Assembly: GCA_045535455.1 (NCBI GenBank) | Contig: JAZSLQ010000089.1 | Coordinates: forward strand, 1 to 59,250 | Length of the DNA stretch: 59,250 nt | Direction: 5' to 3' | DNA from: Kiritimatiellia bacterium | GTDB lineage: Bacteria > Verrucomicrobiota > Kiritimatiellia > RFP12 > UBA1067 | Notes under the pieces: generated by a model | The model's input: only the letters and a program-made list of their open reading frames with translations | Database searches by the model: none | Told to the model about the DNA's origin: nothing | Program-made: the position numbers and the translations under genes | In this document: in pieces, positions 1-9,400 of the stretch | Numbering within the stretch: position 1 is the first letter of the stretch | Layout of the letters: every line of letters begins with the position of its first letter

Positions 1-1
1 T

Positions 2-490
2 TACACCTTTGTCGTGCTCAAGCCGTGTCGCTTCCTCGCTTCAGGTTGTGCGGTTCTCGTGTATGATCCTGAAGGCCGCCTCTTCGACAAGACAGGTGAC
101 GAAGGTGATGACGGATGCTTTCAGAGGGCATGGCCGCGTCCGTGGAACTGGAGAGATGCGAAGACGGTTCGCCAGCTCAAGGCGATCAAGATGCCAGAAG
201 TGTCGTTTTGCGCTCCTTCCACAATGAAGGACTTTGCCGAGTATATGAGCCAGGCAACAAAGGACTTCGACAGCCCAGACATTCCGCTTGAGAACCGAGG
301 AATAACGTTCGTTTGCGCGGATTCTGTTGCCGCGAAGACTGGGCCGGAAAAGCCGAAACAGGATGCGCCGATGATTCCCTGTCCCGGCAGCGGCACGATG
401 ACGACCGCGTGGGATGTCCTGACAAATGTCTGTGAATCCGTCGGCTGCACGTTTGAGGTGGTACATGGGGAAGTGGAGATAGGGGAATGA
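2..490 (+). CDS. Hypothetical protein, 5'-partial; C-terminal part may resemble a secretin-N/STN-like domain of PVC bacteria
   Basis: Frame is open from the window edge (tac acc ttt gtc gtg...) to TGA 488-490. The segment 'LKAIKMPEVSF..P.TM.D...Y..QAT.DFD.P..P...RGITF' looks like a folded domain; the family assignment is from memory only. Confidence 0.55.
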   Translation, partial: YTFVVLKPCRFLASGCAVLVYDPEGRLFDKTGDEGDDGCFQRAWPRPWNWRDAKTVRQLKAIKMPEVSFCAPSTMKDFAEYMSQATKDFDSPDIPLENRGITFVCADSVAAKTGPEKPKQDAPMIPCPGSGTMTTAWDVLTNVCESVGCTFEVVHGEVEIGE

Positions 491-605
491 CGGCTCGCGC
501 GTCAAGTTCACCTCCGCCCCGCGCATCGGCATTGCCTACGCATCCAAACGCGACCAAAACCGCAAGTGGCGCTTTACGCTTAAGAATCCAATGACAAACG
601 GGTAA
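483..605 (+). pseudogene. C-terminal remnant of a DNA-3-methyladenine glycosylase (Mpg/AAG family)
   Basis: A frame not in the ORF track reads GNDGSRVKFTSAPRIGIAYASKRDQNRKWRFTLKNPMTNG*. PRIGI.YA...WRF matches the Mpg C-terminal signature. An in-frame TAG at 480-482 and no start codon precede it. Confidence 0.5.
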
Positions 606-620
606 TATGTATGATATAAT
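591..620 (+). promoter_or_regulatory. Sigma70-type promoter of the first AbiE operon, overlapped by an inverted repeat
   Basis: ATGACA (591-596), 18 nt, TATAAT (615-620) with TG extension. IR cgggtaatat (599-608) / atattgcccg (619-628), 9/10 match. Confidence 0.6.
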
Positions 621-644
621 ATTGCCCGAAAGTGAGGAAGGGCA

Positions 645-1226
645 GTGTTCAAGATTGGCGAATATTTTAAGGGAAATGACTTTCTGCGCGTTGCGGACGC
701 AGAAAAGATGGGGATTTCCCGTGCTGTGTTGTCACAGATGGCGAAGAGCGGGGAGTTGCAGCGTGTTGCGCATGGCGTGTACGCCAGGACAGATGCGGTG
801 CCGGACGAACTTGCGCTGATCGGCATGCGGTCGGACAATATCGTCTTTTCCCACGAAACCGCGCTGAATCTGCTTGGACTTTCCAATCGGATTCCGGCAA
901 TGCCGTCCATCACGATTCCTTATGGCGGATCGGTTCCGCACAGCATCGCGAGCGCGGTAAACGCCTACAGGATAAGGCCGGAGTTGCACGATCTAGGCAG
1001 AGGGACGGAAGAGACGTTCATGGGGAACGAGGTGGCTTGCTACGACCGCGAACGGACGATTTGCGACATAATCCGCTCGTACTCGCGCATGGATGTGGAG
1101 ACGTATGCGAACGCGATAAGGAACTATGCAGGGAGCAGGGAGAAAAATATTCCGCAATTGGTCTCATACGCGCAGGCTATGGGCATCGAGCGCAAGGTCC
1201 TCAAGGTCATGGAGGTGCTTGTGTGA
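645..1226 (+). CDS. Type IV toxin-antitoxin antitoxin, AbiEi family
   Basis: N-terminal wHTH-like 'GISRAVLSQMAKSGELQRVAHGVY', plus 'FSHETAL' and 'YDRERTICD' motifs. GAGG upstream of the GTG start; coupled to an AbiEii gene. Confidence 0.85.
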   Translation: MFKIGEYFKGNDFLRVADAEKMGISRAVLSQMAKSGELQRVAHGVYARTDAVPDELALIGMRSDNIVFSHETALNLLGLSNRIPAMPSITIPYGGSVPHSIASAVNAYRIRPELHDLGRGTEETFMGNEVACYDRERTICDIIRSYSRMDVETYANAIRNYAGSREKNIPQLVSYAQAMGIERKVLKVMEVLV

Positions 1227-2074
1227 GCGGCGATACGGCCAGGTCGATGAGTGTCAGGGCAAGAATCAACAATCTTGCGAAGGAACTGGGTATTGCGCCG
1301 CAGCATGCGCTCCAAAGGTACTTCACGGAAAGATTTCTCGCGAGAATCGCCGCGTCGCCGTACGCGAACAATCTCGCCATAAAGGGCGGTACGCTGATGA
1401 GCGCGATTCTCGGCGTTGCCCACCGCACGACAATGGATATCGACGCCACGATCATTGGCATGAAGGCGGATGAGGCGACGATTGAAAGAGTGGTAGCCGA
1501 AATCGCGGCGATTGAGGTTGGCGACGGTATTGTGTTCAAGGTAAAGCCGGTAGGTGCGGACACAATCCGCAAAGACGATGATTACGGCGGATACACAGTT
1601 GGGCTAGTGGCGTCCGTCGGCACGATACGGTTGCCGATTGCGATTGACGTGACGTTCGGGGACAAGATCACGCCAAGGGCCAGGAAAAGGAAGTTCACGC
1701 AGATTCTGGACGGAAGTTCGCATATTACAGTTTTGGCGTATACGGTCGAGACGGTTGTTGCGGAGAAGCTGCAAACCATTTTGTCGAGGGGCGCGGCGAA
1801 TACGAGGCTGCGCGATTTCTACGACTTGCACATGCTGTGGGCACGGCGCGAGTTCAAGGCGGAGATTCTTGCCAAGGCCATAAGGAATACGTTTGCAAAC
1901 CGGCACTCGGAAGAGTATTGGTCAAATCGTTTGCAAATCGTTGAATCCTTGAAAGTGTCGCAGCCGCTGGCGGAGCAATGGCAACGGTATTGCCGTAAGG
2001 CTCCATTTGCCAAAGACATAACGTATTTGCAGGTGGTAGAATCGATCAAAAACCTGATTGATGCGGCACAATAA
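1223..2074 (+). CDS. Nucleotidyltransferase toxin, AbiEii/AbiGii family
   Basis: 'KGGTLM', 'RTTMDID' and 'RLRDFYDL' motifs. GTG start overlaps the antitoxin stop (GTGA) with GGAGG at 1211-1215; the track start of 1037 is probably too far upstream. Confidence 0.85.
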   Translation: MSGDTARSMSVRARINNLAKELGIAPQHALQRYFTERFLARIAASPYANNLAIKGGTLMSAILGVAHRTTMDIDATIIGMKADEATIERVVAEIAAIEVGDGIVFKVKPVGADTIRKDDDYGGYTVGLVASVGTIRLPIAIDVTFGDKITPRARKRKFTQILDGSSHITVLAYTVETVVAEKLQTILSRGAANTRLRDFYDLHMLWARREFKAEILAKAIRNTFANRHSEEYWSNRLQIVESLKVSQPLAEQWQRYCRKAPFAKDITYLQVVESIKNLIDAAQ

Positions 2075-2089
2075 CCGAAGGAGCACCCC

Positions 2090-2296
2090 ATGAAACCAAT
2101 AGCACGAATGATCCTCGTCACATCCCTCGCGCTCGCGGCGGGGTGCGTGAGCACTTTGAAAGTTGACAATGCGCCGGTGGCGGCGCTTGACCTGAGCCGC
2201 TATCTCGGCGAGAGGTACGAGATCGCGCGGTTCGACCACAGCTTCGAGCGCGGCTATGATACGGACAAGCTCATCTGGGTGCGGCAAGAAACATGA
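2090..2296 (+). pseudogene. blc: Internally deleted Blc-type lipocalin lipoprotein
   Basis: Lipobox LAAGC, then 'RYLGERYEIARFDHSFERG' (Blc N-terminal motif, with the GxW tryptophan lost) joined directly to 'GYDTDKLIWVRQ' (Blc C-terminal motif). Only 68 aa. Confidence 0.7.
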
Positions 2297-2318
2297 GAGC
2301 GATGTCGCTGACGAGGTG

Positions 2319-2407
2319 CTTGCGGCTCATTTTCCCTTTAAAATATCCAATCTGCGGCTCACAATGAGCCGCAGATTTGGTATAATAGAATCGTTTTGAG
2401 CCGCAAG
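2319..2407. promoter_or_regulatory. Four-site symmetric operator-like array and extended -10 promoter of Fic gene 1
   Basis: TGAGCCGCA inverted at 2321-2329 and 2353-2361, direct at 2365-2373 and 2397-2405. TGGTATAAT at 2378-2386. Confidence 0.75.
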
Positions 2408-2417
2408 GAGTGTTGAT

Positions 2418-3458
2418 ATGCAGTTGATCGATGAGATTCTTGAGTATCTTCAGTACCATCCGATGTCCAGCCGTCAGGATGTCGAAGGACATCTTTCTAG
2501 CAAAGTCAGTTCGGCAACGGTGAAACGTCAGATTGCCAGAGGCATTGAAGACGGACTCGTCGTCTCGCACGGCAACAATCGATCAACCGTCTATGCCATA
2601 ACACCGAAGGCCCATATCCTTCGGACCGTCAACCTCGACTCCTACTATGCCATAGACATCGACAAAAGAGATGTCCAGACTGGCTACAACTTCGATTTGA
2701 TTCGCACGGAACTGCCGAAGATCGACATCTTCTCCGCTGACGAAAAGGCGCGGTTGGACGAGTGCCAGAAACTCTTCACGTCGCACATGATGGAAATGGT
2801 GCCGGGATCAGTTGCGTACAACCGGGAACTCGAGCGTCTCGGAATCGATCTGAGCTGGAAGTCATCGCAGATAGAAGGAAACACCTATACCTTGATCGAG
2901 ACGGAGACGCTGCTCAAGGACCTCAAGGAAGCGAAGGGGCGTACACACGCGGAAGCCCAGATGCTCCTGAACCACAAATCCGCTCTGAAGGCCATCATTG
3001 CAAATCCCGGTTATTTCGAGAGGCTTTCGCTTGCGCGGATTGAGGACATACATTCCGTCCTGGTCGAAGACATGGGCGTTGAACCGTCGTTGCGCCATCG
3101 TCGCGTAAGGATCACTGGCACGAAGTATCAGCCGCTCGATGTAGAATCGCAGATACGGGAAGCTGTCGATGACATGTGCGCGCTGATCAACGGCAAGGCC
3201 GATCCGTATGAAAAGGCGCTGCTGGCTTTGCTTCTCATTTCCTACATCCAGCCGTTCGAGGATGGCAACAAGCGGACGAGCCGCCTTGTGTCGAATGCCC
3301 TGCTGCTCGCTTACGGACATTGTCCGCTCACGTTCCGCTCGGTTGACGCGAACGACTACCGCGCGGCGCTTCTGCTTTTTTACGAGCAGAACAACCTCTC
3401 GGCGTTCAAACGCATTTTCGTCGAACAGGCGGAATTCGCCGTTCACGAGTATTTCTGA
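2418..3458 (+). CDS. Fic family protein with N-terminal wHTH (paralog 1)
   Basis: Fic motif variant 'IQPFEDGNKRTSR', 'SSQIEGNT' segment, wHTH-like first ~65 aa, AAGGAG RBS. Confidence 0.9.
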   Translation: MQLIDEILEYLQYHPMSSRQDVEGHLSSKVSSATVKRQIARGIEDGLVVSHGNNRSTVYAITPKAHILRTVNLDSYYAIDIDKRDVQTGYNFDLIRTELPKIDIFSADEKARLDECQKLFTSHMMEMVPGSVAYNRELERLGIDLSWKSSQIEGNTYTLIETETLLKDLKEAKGRTHAEAQMLLNHKSALKAIIANPGYFERLSLARIEDIHSVLVEDMGVEPSLRHRRVRITGTKYQPLDVESQIREAVDDMCALINGKADPYEKALLALLLISYIQPFEDGNKRTSRLVSNALLLAYGHCPLTFRSVDANDYRAALLLFYEQNNLSAFKRIFVEQAEFAVHEYF

Positions 3459-3569
3459 CGAGAAGAGCCAGAGGGAATATGATACGATCCTTTATAATAC
3501 GCTATTTCAGGCATTGCCGCGACGGTGAAGAGCGAGCGGAACATGCGCAAACAGAAGGATGGGATGTCA

Positions 3570-4376
3570 ATGAAACTTGAAACAGAGAACGTCAAGGAGA
3601 CCGAGGCGAGCGCGGAGCTCATCCGCGAATTGATGGCGGATGACGTGAGACGCGGCAACTGGCTGATTCTCATGCACGACGATGACGATGCGGCGTTCAT
3701 GCAGATTGCCTTTGACGATCATCCCGACGGCATCGACCTTGAATACCGCGAAGGCGCGGACAAGCCGCTGTACCACTGCAAGCGTCCGGTTCTGAGACTT
3801 GAGGCTGAGAACGCGCTCCTCGACTACCTTGACGGAATAGATACATGGAAGCATCGCTTTGAATGGGAGGTCGAGGAGGAGTTTGGCGGTGCATGCGGCT
3901 CCATCAGAAAGTTCGTTCCCGGACCAGTCCTCTTCGTCGCCATAGTTGCGGCCGTTGTTGCCGCCGTCGTCAATATCGGGAAGCTGCCGCGCAACATGCG
4001 CCTTTTACCGGTATTTGTGATCATTCTGGTGTTTCTCGTCTTCCACATTTTACGCTGGGTGAAGGCCAAGCCTGAAAAGTTCAAGACGTTGGACGATCTG
4101 GACGACGACGACGGTGGAATCGACTGGCGCGAGACTGATGCGAAGGACGTCGTAGTGGAGACCCGCGACGGATGGGCGGTTCTCATGGACAATGTCGCTG
4201 TGCATGAGGCAAAGGCGGCGGCGCAAGCGCTTGAGGATGCTCACATAAGATGCCGACTCGACATCCTCAGCGAAGATCGTTCCTATCACCGCTACGGAAA
4301 CGGTGGACTTGGAACGCGCATGTGCGTGCTCGTCGCGCCGGAAGACTACGAGAAGGCGAAAAAGGTGGTGTTGTAG
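3570..4376 (+). CDS. Hypothetical membrane protein with a DUF2007-like C-terminal domain
   Basis: Two hydrophobic helices in the middle; C-terminus 'EAKAAAQALEDAHI...VLVAPEDYEKAK' resembles DUF2007. Start uncertain (3525/3543/3564/3570). Confidence 0.6.
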   Translation: MKLETENVKETEASAELIRELMADDVRRGNWLILMHDDDDAAFMQIAFDDHPDGIDLEYREGADKPLYHCKRPVLRLEAENALLDYLDGIDTWKHRFEWEVEEEFGGACGSIRKFVPGPVLFVAIVAAVVAAVVNIGKLPRNMRLLPVFVIILVFLVFHILRWVKAKPEKFKTLDDLDDDDGGIDWRETDAKDVVVETRDGWAVLMDNVAVHEAKAAAQALEDAHIRCRLDILSEDRSYHRYGNGGLGTRMCVLVAPEDYEKAKKVVL

Positions 4377-4481
4377 TGTTGCCGTAACCGCCCCTTGCGG
4401 GGGTTCGCAACCCATAGGGACGCGAACACGCCGAGCGAAGCGAGTGCCGAATGGCCAATAAGAAAGTCCAATGGTTTCTGC

Positions 4482-4506
4482 CGCAAAGAACGCAAAGGAC
4501 GCAAGG
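4482..4506 (+). repeat. 9-mer tandem repeat arm (cgcaaagaa/cgcaaagga/cgcaagg)
   Basis: Three units ending 2 nt before ATG 4509. Confidence 0.6.
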
Positions 4507-4508
4507 AA

Positions 4509-4847
4509 ATGGAGCAGAGGGAGTTCAAGTGTCGGATGTGCGGGGCGTGCTGCCGCATAAAGGACGGGATCGTGCGCGTCTCGGACGCGGAGATTGCGCG
4601 CATCGCGGCGTTTCTTGGAATGGATGAGGCCGAGTTCATCAAGCGTGAGACCGAAGTCGCGCCAGACAGGAAAAGCCTGATTCTCAAGAGCCGCCCGGAC
4701 GGCGCATGCGCCTATTTGACGGACGACAATCTCTGCCGCATCAATCCCGTGAAACCCGAGAAGTGCCGAACGTTCCCGTTTGAATGGACCAATCCAGACT
4801 CCGCCGAAGTCTGCTCGGGACTGGCAGAACAGCGAGAAGGGGATTGA
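4509..4847 (+). CDS. YkgJ-family cysteine-cluster (Zn/Fe-chelating) protein
   Basis: 'FKCRMCGACC', 'CAYL', 'CRIN..KPEKCRTFPF' and a terminal Cys. ATG 4509 preferred over 4395. Confidence 0.8.
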   Translation: MEQREFKCRMCGACCRIKDGIVRVSDAEIARIAAFLGMDEAEFIKRETEVAPDRKSLILKSRPDGACAYLTDDNLCRINPVKPEKCRTFPFEWTNPDSAEVCSGLAEQREGD

Positions 4848-4873
4848 CTTGGAGGCGCTATTTTTGGTAGAAT
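4844..4873 (+). promoter_or_regulatory. Promoter of the second AbiE operon with a flanking inverted repeat
   Basis: TTGACT (4844-4849), 18 nt, TAGAAT (4868-4873) with TG extension. IR gattgact (4842-4849) / agtcaatc (4880-4887). Confidence 0.5.
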
Positions 4874-4906
4874 ATGCGCAGTCAATCAAGTAGGAGCTGA
4901 TTATCT

Positions 4907-5542
4907 GTGGATATTTTGCAAAGAGAAAGGCTGTTGAAGTTTGGCGCAATACCGTTCACCACCGATGTGATTGCTGGCGAATTTGGCGACTATTCGGCAG
5001 TTCTTGCGAAAATTGCCGCGCTTGTTGATGAGGGCAGTCTTGTCCGCATCAAGCGCGGACTTTACTGTCTCTCCCCGAAAATCAGCGGACGTGACCTTGA
5101 TTCGCGTGTTGTCGCGAACGCTCTGTATGGCCCGTCGTATGTATCATTTGAAACGGCGCTTTCGATGCATGGCCTCATTCCAGAGCGCGTGACTGCAACG
5201 ATGTCTGCTTGTGTAAAGCGCGCAAAGCGGTTTGCGACGCCTATCGGAGAATTCTTGTATCGCACGGTACCTAGTGACTGGTTCTCGATAGGCGTTCGGA
5301 CGGTGGATAACGGTGAAGGCGGCTTTCTCGTCGCGTCGCCGGAAAAGGCGCTTGGTGATCTGCTCTTGTCGAGATCCAACCTGAGAATCTCGTCGCCCGA
5401 TTCGCTAAGGGCGTTTCTGGAGGACGACATGCGTTTTGATTTCGATGTATTTGGAAGTCCGGACAAGACAATCTTAAGGGAAATGGCGGCGTGTGGACAC
5501 AAGCCGCTTTTGATGAAGGCATTGGAAAGGATGTTCTCATGA
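4907..5542 (+). CDS. Type IV toxin-antitoxin antitoxin, AbiEi-like (second, unrelated pair)
   Basis: 'LVRIKRGLY', 'LYGPSYVSFETALSMHGLIPE' and 'ASPEKALGD' motifs; TAGGAG upstream of the GTG start. Confidence 0.85.
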   Translation: MDILQRERLLKFGAIPFTTDVIAGEFGDYSAVLAKIAALVDEGSLVRIKRGLYCLSPKISGRDLDSRVVANALYGPSYVSFETALSMHGLIPERVTATMSACVKRAKRFATPIGEFLYRTVPSDWFSIGVRTVDNGEGGFLVASPEKALGDLLLSRSNLRISSPDSLRAFLEDDMRFDFDVFGSPDKTILREMAACGHKPLLMKALERMFS

Positions 5543-6366
5543 CGCTCTACGATTCCATGGTTGAAAGCTATGCGCCGAAGTCTGCTGCCGAGCGGCTTGC
5601 CGTTCAGCAGGAGGTTATGCAGCTTATTGCGCTTGCGGGACTTGCGCGAGGCGGATTTTTCGAGAAGGCGGCGTTCTACGGCGGAACGTGCCTGCACCTC
5701 TTCTACGGAATGGAACGGTTTTCCGAGGACATGGACTTTTCCCTTCTTAAGCCAGACACTTCGTTCGATTTCGAATCGTACTTTCCGGCGATAAAGGAGG
5801 AGTTCGCCCTCGCGGGGAAGAAGGTGGAGATCCAGTTGAAGCACAAGGGGCGGCCGTCGTCCGTGGAGAGCGCGTTTCTCAAGGAATCGGCAGAAGTGTT
5901 CAAGATCGGCTTCACGACGCAAAAGCAGATCAAGGTCAAGATCGAGGTAGACATTGATCCGCCGCCGGGCTTTTCGACAGAGCAGAAGTTGCTGGTCAAG
6001 CCGGTGTCACGCTGGATTCGCGTTTATTCGATAGGCGATCTGTTTGCCGGGAAGGTCAGTGCAGCGCTCTTTCGCGCCTGGCGCACGCGTACAAAGGGGC
6101 GAGACTGGTACGATCTCGAGTGGTATGTGAGGAATGGCTATGCGTGCCATTTGGGACACCTTGTGGAGCGGTGCAAGGAGTCCGCTCCCGAAACCGACCT
6201 TTCTTCGCGCGAAGCACTCATCGCCGCGTTTAGGAAGCGCATTGCGACAATCGACTTCAAGGCGGCGAGCGACGATGTCCGTCCGTTCCTAAAGGATACT
6301 TCATGCCTCGACATCTGGAGTCAAGAGTATTTCAATTCGCTTGTCGATATGATCAAGGTGGAGTAG
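5539..6366 (+). CDS. Nucleotidyltransferase toxin, AbiEii/AbiGii family (second pair)
   Basis: 'FYGGTCL', 'RFSEDMDF' and 'KGRDWYDL' motifs. ATG overlaps the antitoxin stop (ATGA). Confidence 0.88.
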   Translation: MTLYDSMVESYAPKSAAERLAVQQEVMQLIALAGLARGGFFEKAAFYGGTCLHLFYGMERFSEDMDFSLLKPDTSFDFESYFPAIKEEFALAGKKVEIQLKHKGRPSSVESAFLKESAEVFKIGFTTQKQIKVKIEVDIDPPPGFSTEQKLLVKPVSRWIRVYSIGDLFAGKVSAALFRAWRTRTKGRDWYDLEWYVRNGYACHLGHLVERCKESAPETDLSSREALIAAFRKRIATIDFKAASDDVRPFLKDTSCLDIWSQEYFNSLVDMIKVE

Positions 6367-6376
6367 TCGGCGTTTT

Positions 6377-6408
6377 AATCCTGTTAATCCTGTAAATCCT
6401 GTCTAAAA
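6377..6408. repeat. 9-mer repeat arm (AATCCTGTN x3 + TAAAA)
   Basis: aatcctgtt aatcctgta aatcctgtc taaaa; the same family occurs at 11964, 12670-12753 and 15435-15590. Confidence 0.85.
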
Positions 6409-6430
6409 AGAAATTTGAAAGGAATCGAAT

Positions 6431-9400
6431 ATGAACGATTTTGAAGAGTATTTTAAGGCTGGTGAGCCGGGACGGCGCGGTGGCGTAGGCCTCCTACGTT
6501 CGTGCGCATTGCTATCCTTCGCCTGCATTGGTGCAATGTGTCTTGCGCCGCTGCATTCCGTCGCCGCGACTGAAGCGAAGCCGACTGTCGCAGATTCTGA
6601 AGAGGCGGTTCGTGATTACGACTATGTGTTTCGCGGCGGGGCTGCGGAGCAGGGCGATTGGCTTTCGCCGGGCAACTGGGCTGTGCCTAACGGGAACGGC
6701 GGCTACGCTGCCATTGCCGCCGACAAGACTCCGCAATTTGTCGCCTCCGGGCAGAACCCAGACTGGGCACCGATGCTTCTGGACGGCTCCTTGATGACAG
6801 GCGTGGATGCAGATGGCGACGGGCTTAAGCATGTCACTGCGGCGAGTGAGCTTGAGGGGTATATATTCAGGCTCGGGGTCTATAACAACGTGTCGCTTGC
6901 GATTTCAAGTCTTGCAAAGCTTCAGAAGGATGGATGGATATACGTCGATGCCACGTCGAAGCTGACGATTGGCGGCTTTGGCTCGAAATACAAGGGCGAC
7001 ACGACCGTTCTGCATGTGGCGGCGCGTGAAGGTGTGACGTTTGCCTCGACAGTCGCGTTAGGCGACCTGCGGTTTGCATACTGTTTCGAGGGGGAGGGTT
7101 CGGTCGCGTACAAGGGCGCGGTGACAGGCGGTTCGCATACGCTCCGTGAAGTCGCGCTTTCGCTCTCTCCGGACGTCGCGGGCGGAGCAACATGCGTAAA
7201 GTCCAGGACGCTTGTCACCTACCACGAGTCCAGCTCCATTTCGTTCAGCGTCTCGTCTTCTGTCCGCGTGAACATCGCGGACGCGCTTGGCGGCACTGTC
7301 GCGGCGAACGTGAAGTCGAAAGGTTCGTCACTGTCAGCAATAGGCGACGTGTGGTTCTCGCAGGAACGCAATGCGTTCAAGGTGTATTACGTGGATTATG
7401 GCGAGGATGGCGTGGTCGTGCCGGCGACAGACCGCATGACGGCCATCCAGACGGAGAGCTCCTACTATCGCAACAACACGTTCTTCCAGCCGCTGATCGG
7501 TTTGCGCGTCGACTCGACGAAGGGCGGACAGGTGCTCAAGTCCGTCAAGGCGCGTGTAAGCGACGCCACTGCGATAGGAGCCATCACCGACGTCAAGCTC
7601 TATGCCACCAGTGTTCCCTACTTTGCGCCGGGACTCGCAACCGACTACTGGGACGGAATCTCGAAGACTATCCCGTCAGGGGGGTCGCGCACGATTTCGG
7701 TTTCCTTTTCCGCGTCCAAGGGGCCGAGCATAACCAAGAATACATATTTGTGGCTGGCGGTGTTGATCAACCCGAACGCCCCGGTGCGCGGCGAGATAGA
7801 CGCGGAGATAACGGAAGTCGCGCTTGGCGACGCCACTTCAACAACCAAGCCGCAGATATGGGACCCCTCTCCGGCAGGCGTTGGCGAGATATACCCCTAC
7901 GACTGGCACGTGACTCCGTATTGGCGGATGAACGACTGGACGCTCAATGCGTTGACGGCCCGCCACATGGCCTGTTATACCGACATCATCGCGTTCTACT
8001 GCGTAGTCAAAAACGACGGCACCATCGGGCACGGCAGGAACGGCGAGCAGTTCACCGACGAAAAACTTGCCGCGGCCGTGGCCCGCATGAAGGAGTTGCG
8101 CGGGAACCGCGATGTGCGGATTCTCGTCAGCATCGCGTGGTGCAAGGATGCCCTGCATTCGGTGACGGCCGATCCTGTTCTGCGTAGCCGCATGGCCGAG
8201 AACCTCGCGGCGTTCGTGGATCGCTTCGGATTCGACGGGGTCGACTTTGACTGGGAGTATCCTGAGTCCAAGGCCGACTGGGAGAACTGGTGCCTGGCTG
8301 TCGCAGAGCTCAAACCGCGCCTTTTCGCGCTCGGCGGGGGCAAGCAGGTTTCCATATCCGTGACCGGCTACAGGATGAATCAGGCGGCGAATTCGCTTGG
8401 CGCCGGGAATGCGCTCAAGGGGCTGTTCCAGCAGTGCAACTTTGTCTGCACGATGAGCTACGATTCAAACAGCAGCGACGGCCATGCTCCGCAGTGGCTC
8501 ATGCAGAATGACGTGCAGAAGTGCCAGGATTTCGGCGGACTCAAGAACTGCAAGATTGCGGCGGGCCAGGCTTTCTATACGAACTACTATCCTGACGCGC
8601 CGAACACGCAATACGGCTTCAACTGGGTGGTGAACAACTATCCGCAGTACGTGGATTCCACCGACGTGTTCCAGGCGGACGACGGCAGGACGGTTACGTA
8701 CAACTCGCTCAAGACCATACGCAAGAAGGTGGCGTGGTGCCGTGAAAGGGGAGTGGGCGTTATGATATGGGCGAACGAAACGGACGTTGCGATTGCGCAT
8801 CCCAAGTCGGCCACGCGGGCCTTGTCCTCGCAGATCGGACCAATGACGCGGGGGCGAGAAGTCGCCGTCGCCGGACCTGAAGACTGGGTCGAAGCGGCGG
8901 CGACAGACGGCACGATAGAGCTGCTTGCCGACATTTCGCTCGATGCTGAGACGTTGCGCCCCGGCGAGATATGCGGAACGCTCAACGGCAACGGCCATAC
9001 GATAGTGCTTGTTGGCGGCAACGAGCCGTTATGCGGAAGGGTGACCGGCACGATAAGCAACCTTACGGTGGTGGCGGTGGATGGTTTCACCGGCACGGCG
9101 CTTCTGGCGGACGATGCGGAGGGCGCGACACTTGTTGACGTCGTCCAGAGCGACATGCGCGAAACGAGCGCTGTCGCAACGGTGGTGCGGGCTCATCCGC
9201 GACTCACCCGCGGACTCGCGCGCGAATCGCTCATCGGTCTTCGGTTCGACAACAACTGGGGCGGGGCCTACAGTGCGTTCGAGGTTAAGTTCCGGCTGGT
9301 CAACTGCACCAAGGCGGACATTTCCGACATTCGGCTTTGGCGGCAGCCGTTCGATCCCGTGCCGTATGCGTTCTACGAAGCCCAGGCCAAGCAACTTGCG

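Noticed and set aside
1037-1222. N-terminal extensions in the ORF track (also 27154, 28764, 30638, 35481, 37734, 45805 and 56836)
   Set aside because: They overlap upstream genes out of frame; coupled starts, RBS or prepilin signals mark the downstream starts used here.
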